64,000 nt of DNA from an uncultured Thermoplasmata archaeon (GTDB lineage: Archaea > Thermoplasmatota > Thermoplasmata > Lutacidiplasmatales > UBA184): the NCBI GenBank assembly GCA_963773945.1, contig CAVZDD010000005.1, forward strand, positions 908,163 to 972,162, written 5' to 3'. Below, one piece after another: positions 9,568-18,601 of this stretch. Within the stretch, counting starts at the first letter, position 1. Every line of letters begins with the position of its first letter. The translations under genes were made by a program, and so were the position numbers. The notes under the pieces were generated by a model. That model was not told where the DNA came from. It was given only the letters and a program-made list of their open reading frames with translations, and searched no databases.

Positions 9568-9633
9568 GCGCTCCCGTCCCGCTGGCGACAAAGCCGCGAC
9601 AAGGGCTAAGGGGCTGAACGAGACGTGCGGGGT

Positions 9634-9708
9634 GGGCGTGTGGCCTAGTCTGGATAGGGCATCGGGTTCCTAACCCGAGGGTCGGGGGTTCAAATCCCCC
9701 CACGCCCG
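9634..9708 (+). tRNA. tRNA-Arg (anticodon CCT)
   Basis: Hand-folded cloverleaf: acceptor GGGCGTG/CACGCCC (7 bp), D-stem GCCT/GGGC, anticodon stem TCGGG/CCCGA with loop TTCCTAA, T-arm GGGGG-TTCAAAT-CCCCC, discriminator G; no encoded CCA. Confidence 0.85.
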
Positions 9709-9856
9709 ATTGGATTCGAACCCCCGGGCGGTTTGACTTCATCCACACACTTTCGTCTGTTTTGTGCGGGGTGTCTGCTGCATGCAGGCGTTCAAGCGTT
9801 GGGTCGCCCGAACGGGTCTGCCCCCTCCGGCAAGGGGTGGTTATATTTCCCTGAGG
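9684..9856. repeat. Copy 1 of an imperfect ~180-bp direct repeat (tRNA-Arg 3' end plus downstream sequence)
   Basis: Roughly 70-75% identical to 13606..13790, e.g. ggattcgaacccccgggcggtttgacttc vs cgattcgagctcccaggcggtctgactctc, and ttcaagcgttgggtcgcccgaacgggtctgcc vs ttcaagttggtgaaacccgaacaggtctgcac. Confidence 0.5.
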
Positions 9857-9980
9857 TCGTCGCGCCGGCGCGATGCCCGCGCACTTCACACCTCGGTCAA
9901 CAAGGTCCGCGGCGTCGTACGGTATGCTGCCGAGGGGGTCACCGAGGTGGCGGCTACACCGAAAGGGAGGTCCCTGCCAG

Positions 9981-12575
9981 ATGAGCGTTCGAGTAGTTCT
10001 GTTCCCCGCCCTGTTGGCAGCTCTGGTCGTTGCCCTCCTTCTGGTCAGCGGAGCAGTGAACGTCGCAGAGCCGGGGACCCCCCCGTCGGGGCCTTCCTCG
10101 ATCTCGTCCCTTGCTTCCACCCCCTCTGGGAAGGTGGTAGTCGGTGCCTTCTCGTCGGCCGTTCCCATCTCGCCGGAATTCTGGGGCGTCAACGTGGTAG
10201 CGAACCGACCATTCACGAACACCGATGCCGCCGACATCATGGCCACTCCCGCGCAGTACGTCCGGTTTCCCGGGGGAATTCTCGGGGAGGAGCTCAACTA
10301 CACCTCCGGGGCGATTACCTTCACGAATGGGAATCAAAGCCACGCCGTAACTTCCGTGAAGGCCTTCGTCGCCTCGTGCGAAGTGATCGACTGCAAGGCG
10401 ATCATGCAGCTCCCTACGGAGATCGATTCCCCGTCGACGGCCGCGTACTATGCTAGCTACGTGGTCCACAATCTGTCCTACCAGCCTGCCTACTGGGATC
10501 TCGGCGACGCGCCCGCCGGCTGGACCCATTACGGCGTCCCGTGGTCTGAGTGGGGCACCGAGGGTGGGGGGAACACGACCCCCGCCCCCTTTGCCAACGA
10601 GGTCCACGCGTACATTCAAGCAATCCTGCTGGTCGACCCGACCGCCAAGTTCGTCGCCCTGGGTGCGGGACTAGCCCAGCCGGACTACTCGATGCCGTGG
10701 GTGGAGGAGCTGGCCAAGGTGGATGGGCATGAACTCTCCGGCATCTCGGTGCATTCCTACGTCCTGAAGGGTCCCCCTAACCCCACGGATGCCGAACTGT
10801 TCGCGAACCTTTCAGGGCCGTACTCGCTGCCCGACCAGATCTCAGCCGATCGCTCGTTCATCCAAACCGCGTGCCCGAACTGCACAAACCTCCAAGTGTT
10901 CGTCACTGAGATCAACGCGGCCGAGGATGGATGGTTCGAGACGCTCATCGGGACGTTCGCGGGCACGTTGTACCTTGCGGCCGAGACGGTCCAGGGACTC
11001 GCGCTTAACGCGACCAACCTGGACTGGTTTTGCTATGATTGCAACTACTCGGGTGCCTGGTCGGAGGCACCACAAAAGTGGCAGACGCAGTACTTCCTGT
11101 TCAGCGACATCATGACCCATCTCTACGCGGAGACCCTTCCCACGATCGTGACCGGTCCTTCGACACTCTACGGAATTGCAACCTACAACGGTTCCGGACT
11201 CGCTCTTTTGCTCGTGAACGTGAACACGACCTCGGCCGTGAGCGTCAACGTCGAGCAGTCGGGATTCAATATGGACCAGCCCGGCATCACGGAGTACTCG
11301 TGGGTAAATGGCTCCGAGCCGCCGACGAACTCCACGGTCACCCTCAATGGGACGGTGACGCTTTCGCCCATGTCCCTGATGCTGCTGACGACCGGGCTCT
11401 CGTCTGTCCCCCCGTACGAAGTGACGTTCGCAACAAACCCCTCGACATGTGGGACGATCACGTTCAACGGGACGGGTTACACGAACGGCCAGTTGGTTCA
11501 GGTCACGGCCGGTACGTATCCGGTCTCAGCAACGGCCTGCACGGGCTACACGCTCGAGAGCCTGGTCGGGAGCGGGTCGGTGACGGTGAGCTCGGGGACC
11601 GCGACGGTGAGCGGGGCCGGGGAGATCACGGCGACGTTCGTGCCGAATCCCCCGCCGACGTACACGGTGTCGTTCACGGAGACGGGCCTCCCGTCGGCCG
11701 CCCCATGGTCGGCGACGCTCGGAGGGATTCAACACGCCTCAACGACGAACACAATCACATTCACAGAGCCGAACGGGACCTATGCCTACACGATCACCGA
11801 CATCTCGGGCTGGCATCAAACGTCGCTTCCCTATACCGGAACAGTCACCGTTTCGGGAGTGGCCGTCACGGAGCCGACGTTTGTGTTCACCCAGGTCACC
11901 TACACGGTGGCGATCAGCGAGTCGACGTTGCCGTCGGGCCTGGGCTGGTCGATCGCGCTGAACGGGACTACGGAGTCGTTGACGACGAACGGCGGGACGG
12001 GCACGCTGACCTGGACGGGGTTGGCGAACGGGACGTACAGCTACAGCATCACGGACATTTCGGGCTGGCACCAGACCACTCTCCCCGACAGCGGCACGTT
12101 AACGGTGAACGGCGGGACGAACAGCATCAGCGGGTCGGGGATTGGCTACTCGAAGACGCTCGTCTACACGCAGGTCACCTACACGGTGACGTTCACGGAG
12201 ACGGGACTCCCGTCCGGTGCCGAGTGGTGGGTGAACCTCACCAACGAACAGACGTACAGTTCCGTGTCGACGACGATCACATTCAGTGAGCCAAACGGGA
12301 CGTACGACTACACGGTGGCGACGGAGGACAAGCCGTATGCGCCGACACCGGCGAGTAGTTCGTTCGGAGTGAGTGGGGCGTCGGTCAGGGAGTCGGTAAC
12401 GTTCAGCCTGATCACCTACACGGTGACGTTCACGACGAGCCCGTCGATGTGTGGAACGATCACGTTCAACGGGACACCGTACATGGATGGCCAGTCGGTG
12501 CTGGTGACGGCCGGCACGTATCCGGTGCTCTGCGACGGCCTGCACGGGCTACACGCTCGAGAGCCTGGTCGGTAG
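9981..12575 (+). CDS. Large secreted repeat protein, N-terminal portion: signal peptide, ~450-aa globular domain, then tandem beta-sandwich repeats. Truncated by a frameshift.
   Basis: ATG at 9981 preceded by aagGGAGG. Signal MSVRVVLFPALLAALVVALLLVSGA. Three ~80-aa repeats of type YTVTFTETGLPSG..W...L.G.......TITF.EPNGTYSYTV, and ~77-aa repeats of type YTVTFTTSPSTCGTITFNGT.Y.DGQSVLVTAGTYPVSA.ACT.YTLESLVGSGSVTVSSGTATVSGAG.ITATF. The ORF ends in the out-of-frame peptide LCDGLHGLHAREPGR*. Confidence 0.6.
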   Translation: MSVRVVLFPALLAALVVALLLVSGAVNVAEPGTPPSGPSSISSLASTPSGKVVVGAFSSAVPISPEFWGVNVVANRPFTNTDAADIMATPAQYVRFPGGILGEELNYTSGAITFTNGNQSHAVTSVKAFVASCEVIDCKAIMQLPTEIDSPSTAAYYASYVVHNLSYQPAYWDLGDAPAGWTHYGVPWSEWGTEGGGNTTPAPFANEVHAYIQAILLVDPTAKFVALGAGLAQPDYSMPWVEELAKVDGHELSGISVHSYVLKGPPNPTDAELFANLSGPYSLPDQISADRSFIQTACPNCTNLQVFVTEINAAEDGWFETLIGTFAGTLYLAAETVQGLALNATNLDWFCYDCNYSGAWSEAPQKWQTQYFLFSDIMTHLYAETLPTIVTGPSTLYGIATYNGSGLALLLVNVNTTSAVSVNVEQSGFNMDQPGITEYSWVNGSEPPTNSTVTLNGTVTLSPMSLMLLTTGLSSVPPYEVTFATNPSTCGTITFNGTGYTNGQLVQVTAGTYPVSATACTGYTLESLVGSGSVTVSSGTATVSGAGEITATFVPNPPPTYTVSFTETGLPSAAPWSATLGGIQHASTTNTITFTEPNGTYAYTITDISGWHQTSLPYTGTVTVSGVAVTEPTFVFTQVTYTVAISESTLPSGLGWSIALNGTTESLTTNGGTGTLTWTGLANGTYSYSITDISGWHQTTLPDSGTLTVNGGTNSISGSGIGYSKTLVYTQVTYTVTFTETGLPSGAEWWVNLTNEQTYSSVSTTITFSEPNGTYDYTVATEDKPYAPTPASSSFGVSGASVRESVTFSLITYTVTFTTSPSMCGTITFNGTPYMDGQSVLVTAGTYPVLCDGLHGLHAREPGR

Positions 12576-13135
12576 CGGGTCGGTGACATTCAGCTCGGGG
12601 ACCGCGACGGTGAGCGGGGCCGGGGGGATCACGGCGACGTTCACGGCGATTCCGTATACGGTGACGTTCACAACGAGCCCATCGACTTGTGGAACGATCA
12701 CGTTCAACGGGACGGCGTACATGGATGGCCAGTCGGTGCTGGTGACGGCCGGTACGTATCCGGTCTCAGCAAAGGCCTGCACGGACTACACGCTCGAGAG
12801 CCTGGTCGGGAGCGGGTCGGTGACGGTGAGCTCGGGAACAGCGACGGTGAACGGGGCCGGGGGGATCACGGCGACGTTCAAGGCGATTACTGTGCCGACG
12901 CATAAAGTCACGTTCACGACGAGCCCGTCGACGTGTGGAACGATCACGTTCAACGGGACGTCGTACACGGACGGTCAGTCGGTGCTGGTGACGACCGGTA
13001 CGTATCTGGTGTCTGCGACGGCCTGCACGGACTACGCGCTCGAGAGCTTGGTCGGCAGCGGGTCGGTGACGGTGAGCTCGGGGACCGCGACGGTGAGCGG
13101 GGCTGGGAAGATCACGGTGGCGTTCACGACCACTT
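12418..13135 (+). repeat. Three near-identical tandem ~243-bp units (period = one 77-aa protein repeat, plus linker in some units); a fourth diverged unit lies at ~11416..11650
   Basis: Units starting at about 12418, 12655 and 12903 are about 90% identical at DNA level (e.g. acgatcacgttcaacgggac recurs). Confidence 0.7.
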
Positions 13136-13326
13136 CCAGTTCCGCGGCCCCTGGATTTCTGGGCTTTTCCGGGAACCTGGGCTACTATCTCCTGGGGGGG
13201 ATTGTGGCGGCTGTACTGGTGGCGATTGTGAGTTTTGTGGCCGCCTACCGAACGAAGGGCAAGCCCTACGAGGGAGCTTCGAGGTCGGGCCCTGGAGGCA
13301 CTCCGTCTCCTTCAGGGCGACGGTAG
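12583..13326 (+). CDS. C-terminal continuation of the same repeat protein (two and a half more 77-aa repeats plus TM anchor), separated from 9981..12575 by a 1-nt insertion
   Basis: Starts inside a repeat (MTFSSGTATVSGAGGITATF...). C-terminal GYYLLGGIVAAVLVAIVSFVAAY followed by a basic tail. Confidence 0.5.
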   Translation: MTFSSGTATVSGAGGITATFTAIPYTVTFTTSPSTCGTITFNGTAYMDGQSVLVTAGTYPVSAKACTDYTLESLVGSGSVTVSSGTATVNGAGGITATFKAITVPTHKVTFTTSPSTCGTITFNGTSYTDGQSVLVTTGTYLVSATACTDYALESLVGSGSVTVSSGTATVSGAGKITVAFTTTSSSAAPGFLGFSGNLGYYLLGGIVAAVLVAIVSFVAAYRTKGKPYEGASRSGPGGTPSPSGRR

Positions 13327-13605
13327 GCAATCAGCTCGGTGGCGAGATCGGGTATCGGATTCGCATTAAGGAACGGGCCCTGCCGGAACGCTTCGGGTCG
13401 AAGAATGAATCGTGTCGGGAAGCGAACTGGCGGCTGATTCCTTACGTGCTCCGCCGGGCCTCAGTGTGCGCAATGGGCGAGTTCTGCGATCGCGGGCAAT
13501 AGTCAGATTACTTGGACCGATCTCTAACGACGGGGTTGCGTAATGGGAAGTTTTCCCTTGATTATGGCCGAACACTGATTCTGCCGCAAACGTCGATATT
13601 CGAAA

Positions 13606-13790
13606 CCCCAGGGGGTTCAAATTTCCCCAGGCCCGGTCCGATTCGAGCTCCCAGGCGGTCTGACTCTCCCGGACATGTTCTTCGATTTATTGCGGAGTGT
13701 CCGCGGCGTATCGACGTTCAAGTTGGTGAAACCCGAACAGGTCTGCACCCACACTCCGGAAAGGGGTGGGTGAACAACACGGTGCGGATT
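13606..13790. repeat. Copy 2 of the ~180-bp direct repeat; begins with a tRNA T-arm/acceptor-3'-half-like segment (ccagggggttcaaatttccccaggcccg) but no complete tRNA could be folded
   Basis: See copy 1 above; no matching 5' acceptor strand was found within 200 nt upstream. Confidence 0.45.
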
Positions 13791-14045
13791 TTGGAGGGAA
13801 CATTCGACACCAAGACGATGTCGATACGGGCGAAGATCTACCTCTGCACAAGCGACTCGAGCAAGCCCTAAAGCGAACCATCAGGTCCGTTTAGTGGCAA
13901 AGGAGGTTGCGAGTCGCACGCTTCCCGCACTCTTCACACGGGACGCCTGGCGCTGCGCGGCCCTGATCCTGCTTTCTGACCGGGTCGCACCGCGGTGAGG
14001 CCTGGGCGCAAGATTTACGTCCAAGACCTCTTACCGGGGCTCGGA

Positions 14046-14534
14046 ATGTTCGCAGGAGACGACCGGCCTCTTCGTGGCACTGCCTTGTTTGGATTGGCGG
14101 CGATCGCTGTCGTGCTCGGGATTGGACTAGTCGCCTTACCCCTCGCATCGGCTGAGTCGGCCATTATGACAACGTCGGTTTACGCGTTGCAAGTTTCCGT
14201 GAATCCATCGTCGCACACGTACACTGTCGGCCAATCGCCCGGTGTCACCGCGACGGAGAAGAACACGGGTTCATCCACCTTCAAGGCGACGGCCTGCATC
14301 GTGTCGGTCGAGGTGCCGGGATCGAGGACGTTCAAGTCCGGTGCTTGTCCCGGATTCAAGGCGTTCTCGGTGAAAGCGGGAGCCAGCGCGAGTCAGAAGT
14401 ATAGTGTGTATCCGTACAAGGTCACGAGCACGACGCCCAAGGGGACCTATCACCTGAAGGGATACTTCAAAGGGACCGTCGGCGGGAAGGCGTACGTCAG
14501 CAAGACTGTGTCATTCACGCTAACGGTCGCGTAG
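14046..14534 (+). CDS. Small secreted protein (signal peptide plus ~130-aa S/T/K-rich domain)
   Basis: MFAGDDRPLRGTALFGLAAIAVVLGIGLVALPLASA, then a beta-rich sequence; internal ATG of ORF 13995..14534. Confidence 0.45.
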   Translation: MFAGDDRPLRGTALFGLAAIAVVLGIGLVALPLASAESAIMTTSVYALQVSVNPSSHTYTVGQSPGVTATEKNTGSSTFKATACIVSVEVPGSRTFKSGACPGFKAFSVKAGASASQKYSVYPYKVTSTTPKGTYHLKGYFKGTVGGKAYVSKTVSFTLTVA

Positions 14535-15452
14535 CCGAAGGTCCGCCAGCGCGTCGGCAGTCGTACGAGAAAGGTGCGTTCGAGCCGGCGTCTGGACGAG
14601 CACTCCTGGACTCGAACGGCCGACCGAAGAGCGGGAACCGTTCGACGAGAATTCACGAGCACTTCGGCTCTATGTAAGGGGGCAGGGCCCGGGAACCCAT
14701 CAGAGAAGGGGCAACAACCCTTGGTGGATGCTTGTCCTCACGACGGGTGAACGTCGCTGCGGGGCTGGCCGGAATCGTCCGCCATGTAACATCTCGTAAG
14801 GACAAGTCTGCGGCGCCTAGATTGCTGTTAGATGGCGGAACGAGTCGCTTACGGTCTTGCCCGAACCTGTCGCCGTCGGGGGTTCGGTGAAACCGCGCTT
14901 GGGCCTCGCAACTTCCCCCGATCTGATGCCCCCTCGTTCTCAAACCTCGTGCCTAATCTAACCCGAGCTGATATTCCGCCATGACCAATCGCGGACGGAA
15001 ACCGCTTACTGCCTACGTGAATTCGGGCTCCGACGGGCCGGATTTGGGGTTTTTCCTCGGCGGAGAGCGCGCTACTCTAAACACGCAATGAAGATTGCCC
15101 CTTCTGGAGGCGCCGATCGCTCTGTTCGTCCGGAAATGGGTGGTCAAAGGAAGAATCCTCTTTAGGTCGTCTAGCCACGCGCATTGGACAACCGATCTTC
15201 CTTCTCCGCTCCGATGAATTCAGGGGTCGCATTCGCTCGATGAGTCCGCGCGCGGTCCACACTCGGTGCGAGGTCCAGGGAACCGGCCACTCCTTTCGGA
15301 CACTAGCGTGAGGTCGTACGCACCTGAAGTGAGAACTGCCCCCAGCGGAAGAGTTGCATTGGACCAAAGTATAAGCGAGGTCGCCCGCGGAGGAACCCTG
15401 CTGTGACGCAAGCGGATCTTCCGACGAGATCCCTGACCGTCGGGCTCTCACC

Positions 15453-16463
15453 ATGGCCCTTTATTTCAAACGGTTAGACGGAGCCCGCCGGACTCACGTC
15501 CGCACCCTCGCAGGACTTCTCGTCTCGATTACGATCGTAGCGCTGGTCTGGCTCGCCCTCGCCCCGGCTGTATCTGGCCCCATCGACCGCGCGGTGGTGC
15601 CGGCGACCTCCGCTCTGCCGACGGCGATCCACCACATCATTCTCATCATGATGGAGAACGAGGGTGTTGACCAAGTCTACGGAAAGCTACCCTACGAGAC
15701 GGGGTTGGCCAATACGTATGCGTGGGGCGGCGATGCTGTTAGCCACCCCGGAGCCAATGGTTACTACGCCCTCTGCCATCCTTCGGCGCCAAACTACCTT
15801 GGTGTTACCTCGGGCCAGACCTTACAGTGCGGGTCCGACGCCTTCCACCACTACTCTGTGCAGAACATTGGGCACGAAATGCAGACCGCGGGGATATCCT
15901 GGGTGGCGTACGAGGAGAGTGCGAGGACCGCCTGTCAGGAGACGAGCGGCGGGAACTATGCTGTCCCTCACAATCCCTTCCCGTACTACAGCGATCTCGG
16001 AGGGAATACGGCGGGTTCGGTTTGCATGAAACACGTGCTCCCCATCGCGAACCTCACCGTCAACTACCCGTACTCGACGAACCCCCCGGCGTTCACCTTC
16101 ATCGCGCCGAACCTCCTGGACGATGGCCATTCTTCCTCCGCGTCATTTGGGGACCACTGGCTCTCGACCTTCTTGCCGGAGCTGACGAAACAGGGCTGGT
16201 TCTCCAGCGCCGTGATCTTCATCGTCTACGACGAATCGTACGGAGCGAAGCCAAACAGCGGCTACGACGGCACCCGGGGCGGTCCGGTGTATATGGTCGC
16301 GGTGAGCCCTTTCACGAAAGGCATCGGTGCACTCCCGAACGATACCTCGCACTACAACATGCTCTCGACGTTCGAGTGGCTTCTCGGCCTACCCCCTACA
16401 GGCACAGGACACGACGGGACACCGAGCTTCCCGGCGATGAAGAAGCTCTTTAGCTTCTCTTGA
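15453..16463 (+). CDS. Phosphoesterase family protein (PLC/AcpA-like acid phosphatase fold), membrane-anchored or secreted
   Basis: N-terminal TM LAGLLVSITIVALVWLAL; HHIILIMMENEG matches the phosphoesterase-family metal-site motif (IVVLMqENRSFD); DDGH motif present. Confidence 0.6.
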   Translation: MALYFKRLDGARRTHVRTLAGLLVSITIVALVWLALAPAVSGPIDRAVVPATSALPTAIHHIILIMMENEGVDQVYGKLPYETGLANTYAWGGDAVSHPGANGYYALCHPSAPNYLGVTSGQTLQCGSDAFHHYSVQNIGHEMQTAGISWVAYEESARTACQETSGGNYAVPHNPFPYYSDLGGNTAGSVCMKHVLPIANLTVNYPYSTNPPAFTFIAPNLLDDGHSSSASFGDHWLSTFLPELTKQGWFSSAVIFIVYDESYGAKPNSGYDGTRGGPVYMVAVSPFTKGIGALPNDTSHYNMLSTFEWLLGLPPTGTGHDGTPSFPAMKKLFSFS

Positions 16464-16710
16464 GCGGCCCCGGGTCTGTCGATGTTTACGGTCCTCGCGT
16501 TCGGTTCTCCGAATTCGCCGACTGTTAGTAGGACCCTGTCTGGAAGGAGTCCCTACCGTCACGCAGGATCAACTGGGCTCCACGGATGAATAACCCCTTT
16601 TGAGTCACTCCCAGCATTGAACCGCTCCTGCAGCAGGAGTCGCGGACACGTTTGTCAGAACGAGCTGGCACGATGGCTGTTCACGAAAGGGAATCACTCG
16701 TTCGAGCGTG

Positions 16711-17775
16711 CTATTCGCGGTTCGATGGGATCTGAGGGACAGTTGAGCCGGGCAAGGGTTCTCCTCCTCCCTTCGGAGTGGCCCCACCCTGGGGGGACAC
16801 GTCGATGACGGGCACGTTCGGGTCGCCGTCAGTAGTGGCGGGGGGAGCGACCCGAGCGGCGGAGAGGCGGAGATCCACTCGCTCCCGCGCGGCGGGAAGT
16901 GGAGCATCCACCAACTTTCGGGCGCCGGGTAGCCGGTAGAGTGAGTAGGAGGCCAACGCGACGACGATGACCGCAAGCACGCCGAAAACTAAGTCGCCTA
17001 AGCTCGACCCCACCCACTTCAACTTCACGATCACCTGCGAGAGACCAAAGGAGACCACCAGCCCGTCCATCGCCATAACGAACCGCGTGAATGCGTCTCT
17101 GGAGACGCGGCCCACCAACCAGGTGCCTGCCGGTACGCCGATCAGGACGGGTATGAGGAGGAACGGGATGAGCCCGAGCGAGGGCGCCGATATCAGGTTG
17201 GACCCGAGGAACGCCGTGAACAAGAAGTAGGTCGTCAGGGTGAGGCTCGACTCCGCAACCCGCACCTGCGCCAGAGTGCATCGGAACTCGTTCTTTGACA
17301 GGCCCTGGTTCCGGAAGAAGACGGCCAGCGGCGGGCCCGAGATCGTCGTTAAAGCGTACAGGAACCCGATCCCCGGACCGATTATCGACCCGCTGCGGCG
17401 CTCGTTGGTGAACGGCCGTCGGAGCCCCAACAGCTGGACGACCACCATCGGCAGGAGCACCACGTAGACGGCGACCTTGACGTCGTTGACCGCGAGGTAA
17501 CTGAGCCCCAGCGTACCGAGTAGGACTCCGGGCAGCAGCGTCGTTACGACGGGCATCGCCCGGCTCTTTGTCGCCGGAATGTATGCGCGTTCCCGGTACA
17601 GGAGCGCGACATTGACAAGAAGTTCGACGCTGACCACCGCGGGGTTCAGGACCTTGTTCGAGAACCAGAGAAGCGCGATCGGCGTGACGATGGAGGAGAA
17701 TCCGTAGCCGATCGCCCCGTTGATCAGAGAGGCACCCAGGGCGACGATGGCGAGCCAGATACTCGACAGGTCCAT
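16711..17775 (-). CDS. TauE/SafE (DUF81) family membrane transporter
   Basis: Starts MDLSSIWLAIVALGASLINGAIGYGFSSI; 7-8 predicted TM helices with G-rich helix starts typical of TauE; long hydrophilic C-terminal tail. Confidence 0.65.
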   Translation of the reverse strand: MDLSSIWLAIVALGASLINGAIGYGFSSIVTPIALLWFSNKVLNPAVVSVELLVNVALLYRERAYIPATKSRAMPVVTTLLPGVLLGTLGLSYLAVNDVKVAVYVVLLPMVVVQLLGLRRPFTNERRSGSIIGPGIGFLYALTTISGPPLAVFFRNQGLSKNEFRCTLAQVRVAESSLTLTTYFLFTAFLGSNLISAPSLGLIPFLLIPVLIGVPAGTWLVGRVSRDAFTRFVMAMDGLVVSFGLSQVIVKLKWVGSSLGDLVFGVLAVIVVALASYSLYRLPGARKLVDAPLPAARERVDLRLSAARVAPPATTDGDPNVPVIDVSPQGGATPKGGGEPLPGSTVPQIPSNRE

Positions 17776-18601
17776 GTTGGAGACCCGGATGGGGCCAGAG
17801 GTGGGCGCGCATACGTACTTACTGATATCGGTGCCCCACCGACCGAGGAAACAGAGCCCGGGAGGAGGGAGATGCCTCCATCTCACAGCGCGAGTGACCC
17901 GGCCAATTCCCGGAGCGCGACGGAGCCCCCAGCGGCCAAGAGAGCGGAGAGCGGTCATTTGTCCACGGGTCTCTCAGCCACCAGTTCTGGTTCTCTTCTC
18001 ACTCTCGATTTGTTCGAGCGAATCTTGCCAGGTCGGCCTAACTACGAAACACGTTGAAGTCGACGGTCGAGGGAGTCGCCACGCCTTCGGGGCCCACGAG
18101 GCGCTTTGAGGCAGAGGGGGGAGCCGCAAGTTTCAGCGAACTGGCCCTTGCCCCTTGCCGCGTGAGCGCGGTCAGATTAGAGCTGCTCGCTCGGTCCGGA
18201 ACGATCCTTGGCCTGGCTACCGAAAACGGGCTGCTTCCGTAACGTGGGGCCGCGTAGTTGACCGCTCGGACCCTTTTGTAAGCGCCGGGTCTTGTAACGG
18301 GAGGTCGGGCGAGACGAGATGCCTGAGGGTTTCGCGGGCATCGAAACCCACCTTCAGGCCGGATTCGACCCCCAACCGCCGCCGGTGCTTTGGGAACGGA
18401 GGGATCCTCTGACGGTGAATGGGCCAGGTCGGACCCACCGTGCCGGTGGGTGGGAAGGGGTGCGGGAGTTCAGTTTGGTTCGGGCCGCCATCTTGGATTC
18501 GCAACCCCCACTCCCCCGAGAGCGGAGTGATTCCAACCACGCGGGAGACGCGCCCGCAACTATTTCCGCTAAGGCTGATTTGCGGGCGTTAGGGGGAACA
18601 C

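Noticed and set aside
13440-13640. Possible second tRNA (or intron-containing tRNA) at the start of repeat copy 2
   Set aside because: A T-arm-like GGGGG-TTCAAAT-TTCCC and an acceptor-3'-like CAGGCCCG are present. I could not find a matching 5' acceptor strand, D-arm or anticodon arm within a plausible distance, and the T-stem would need G:U pairs at conserved positions. Treated as a tRNA-derived remnant rather than a gene.
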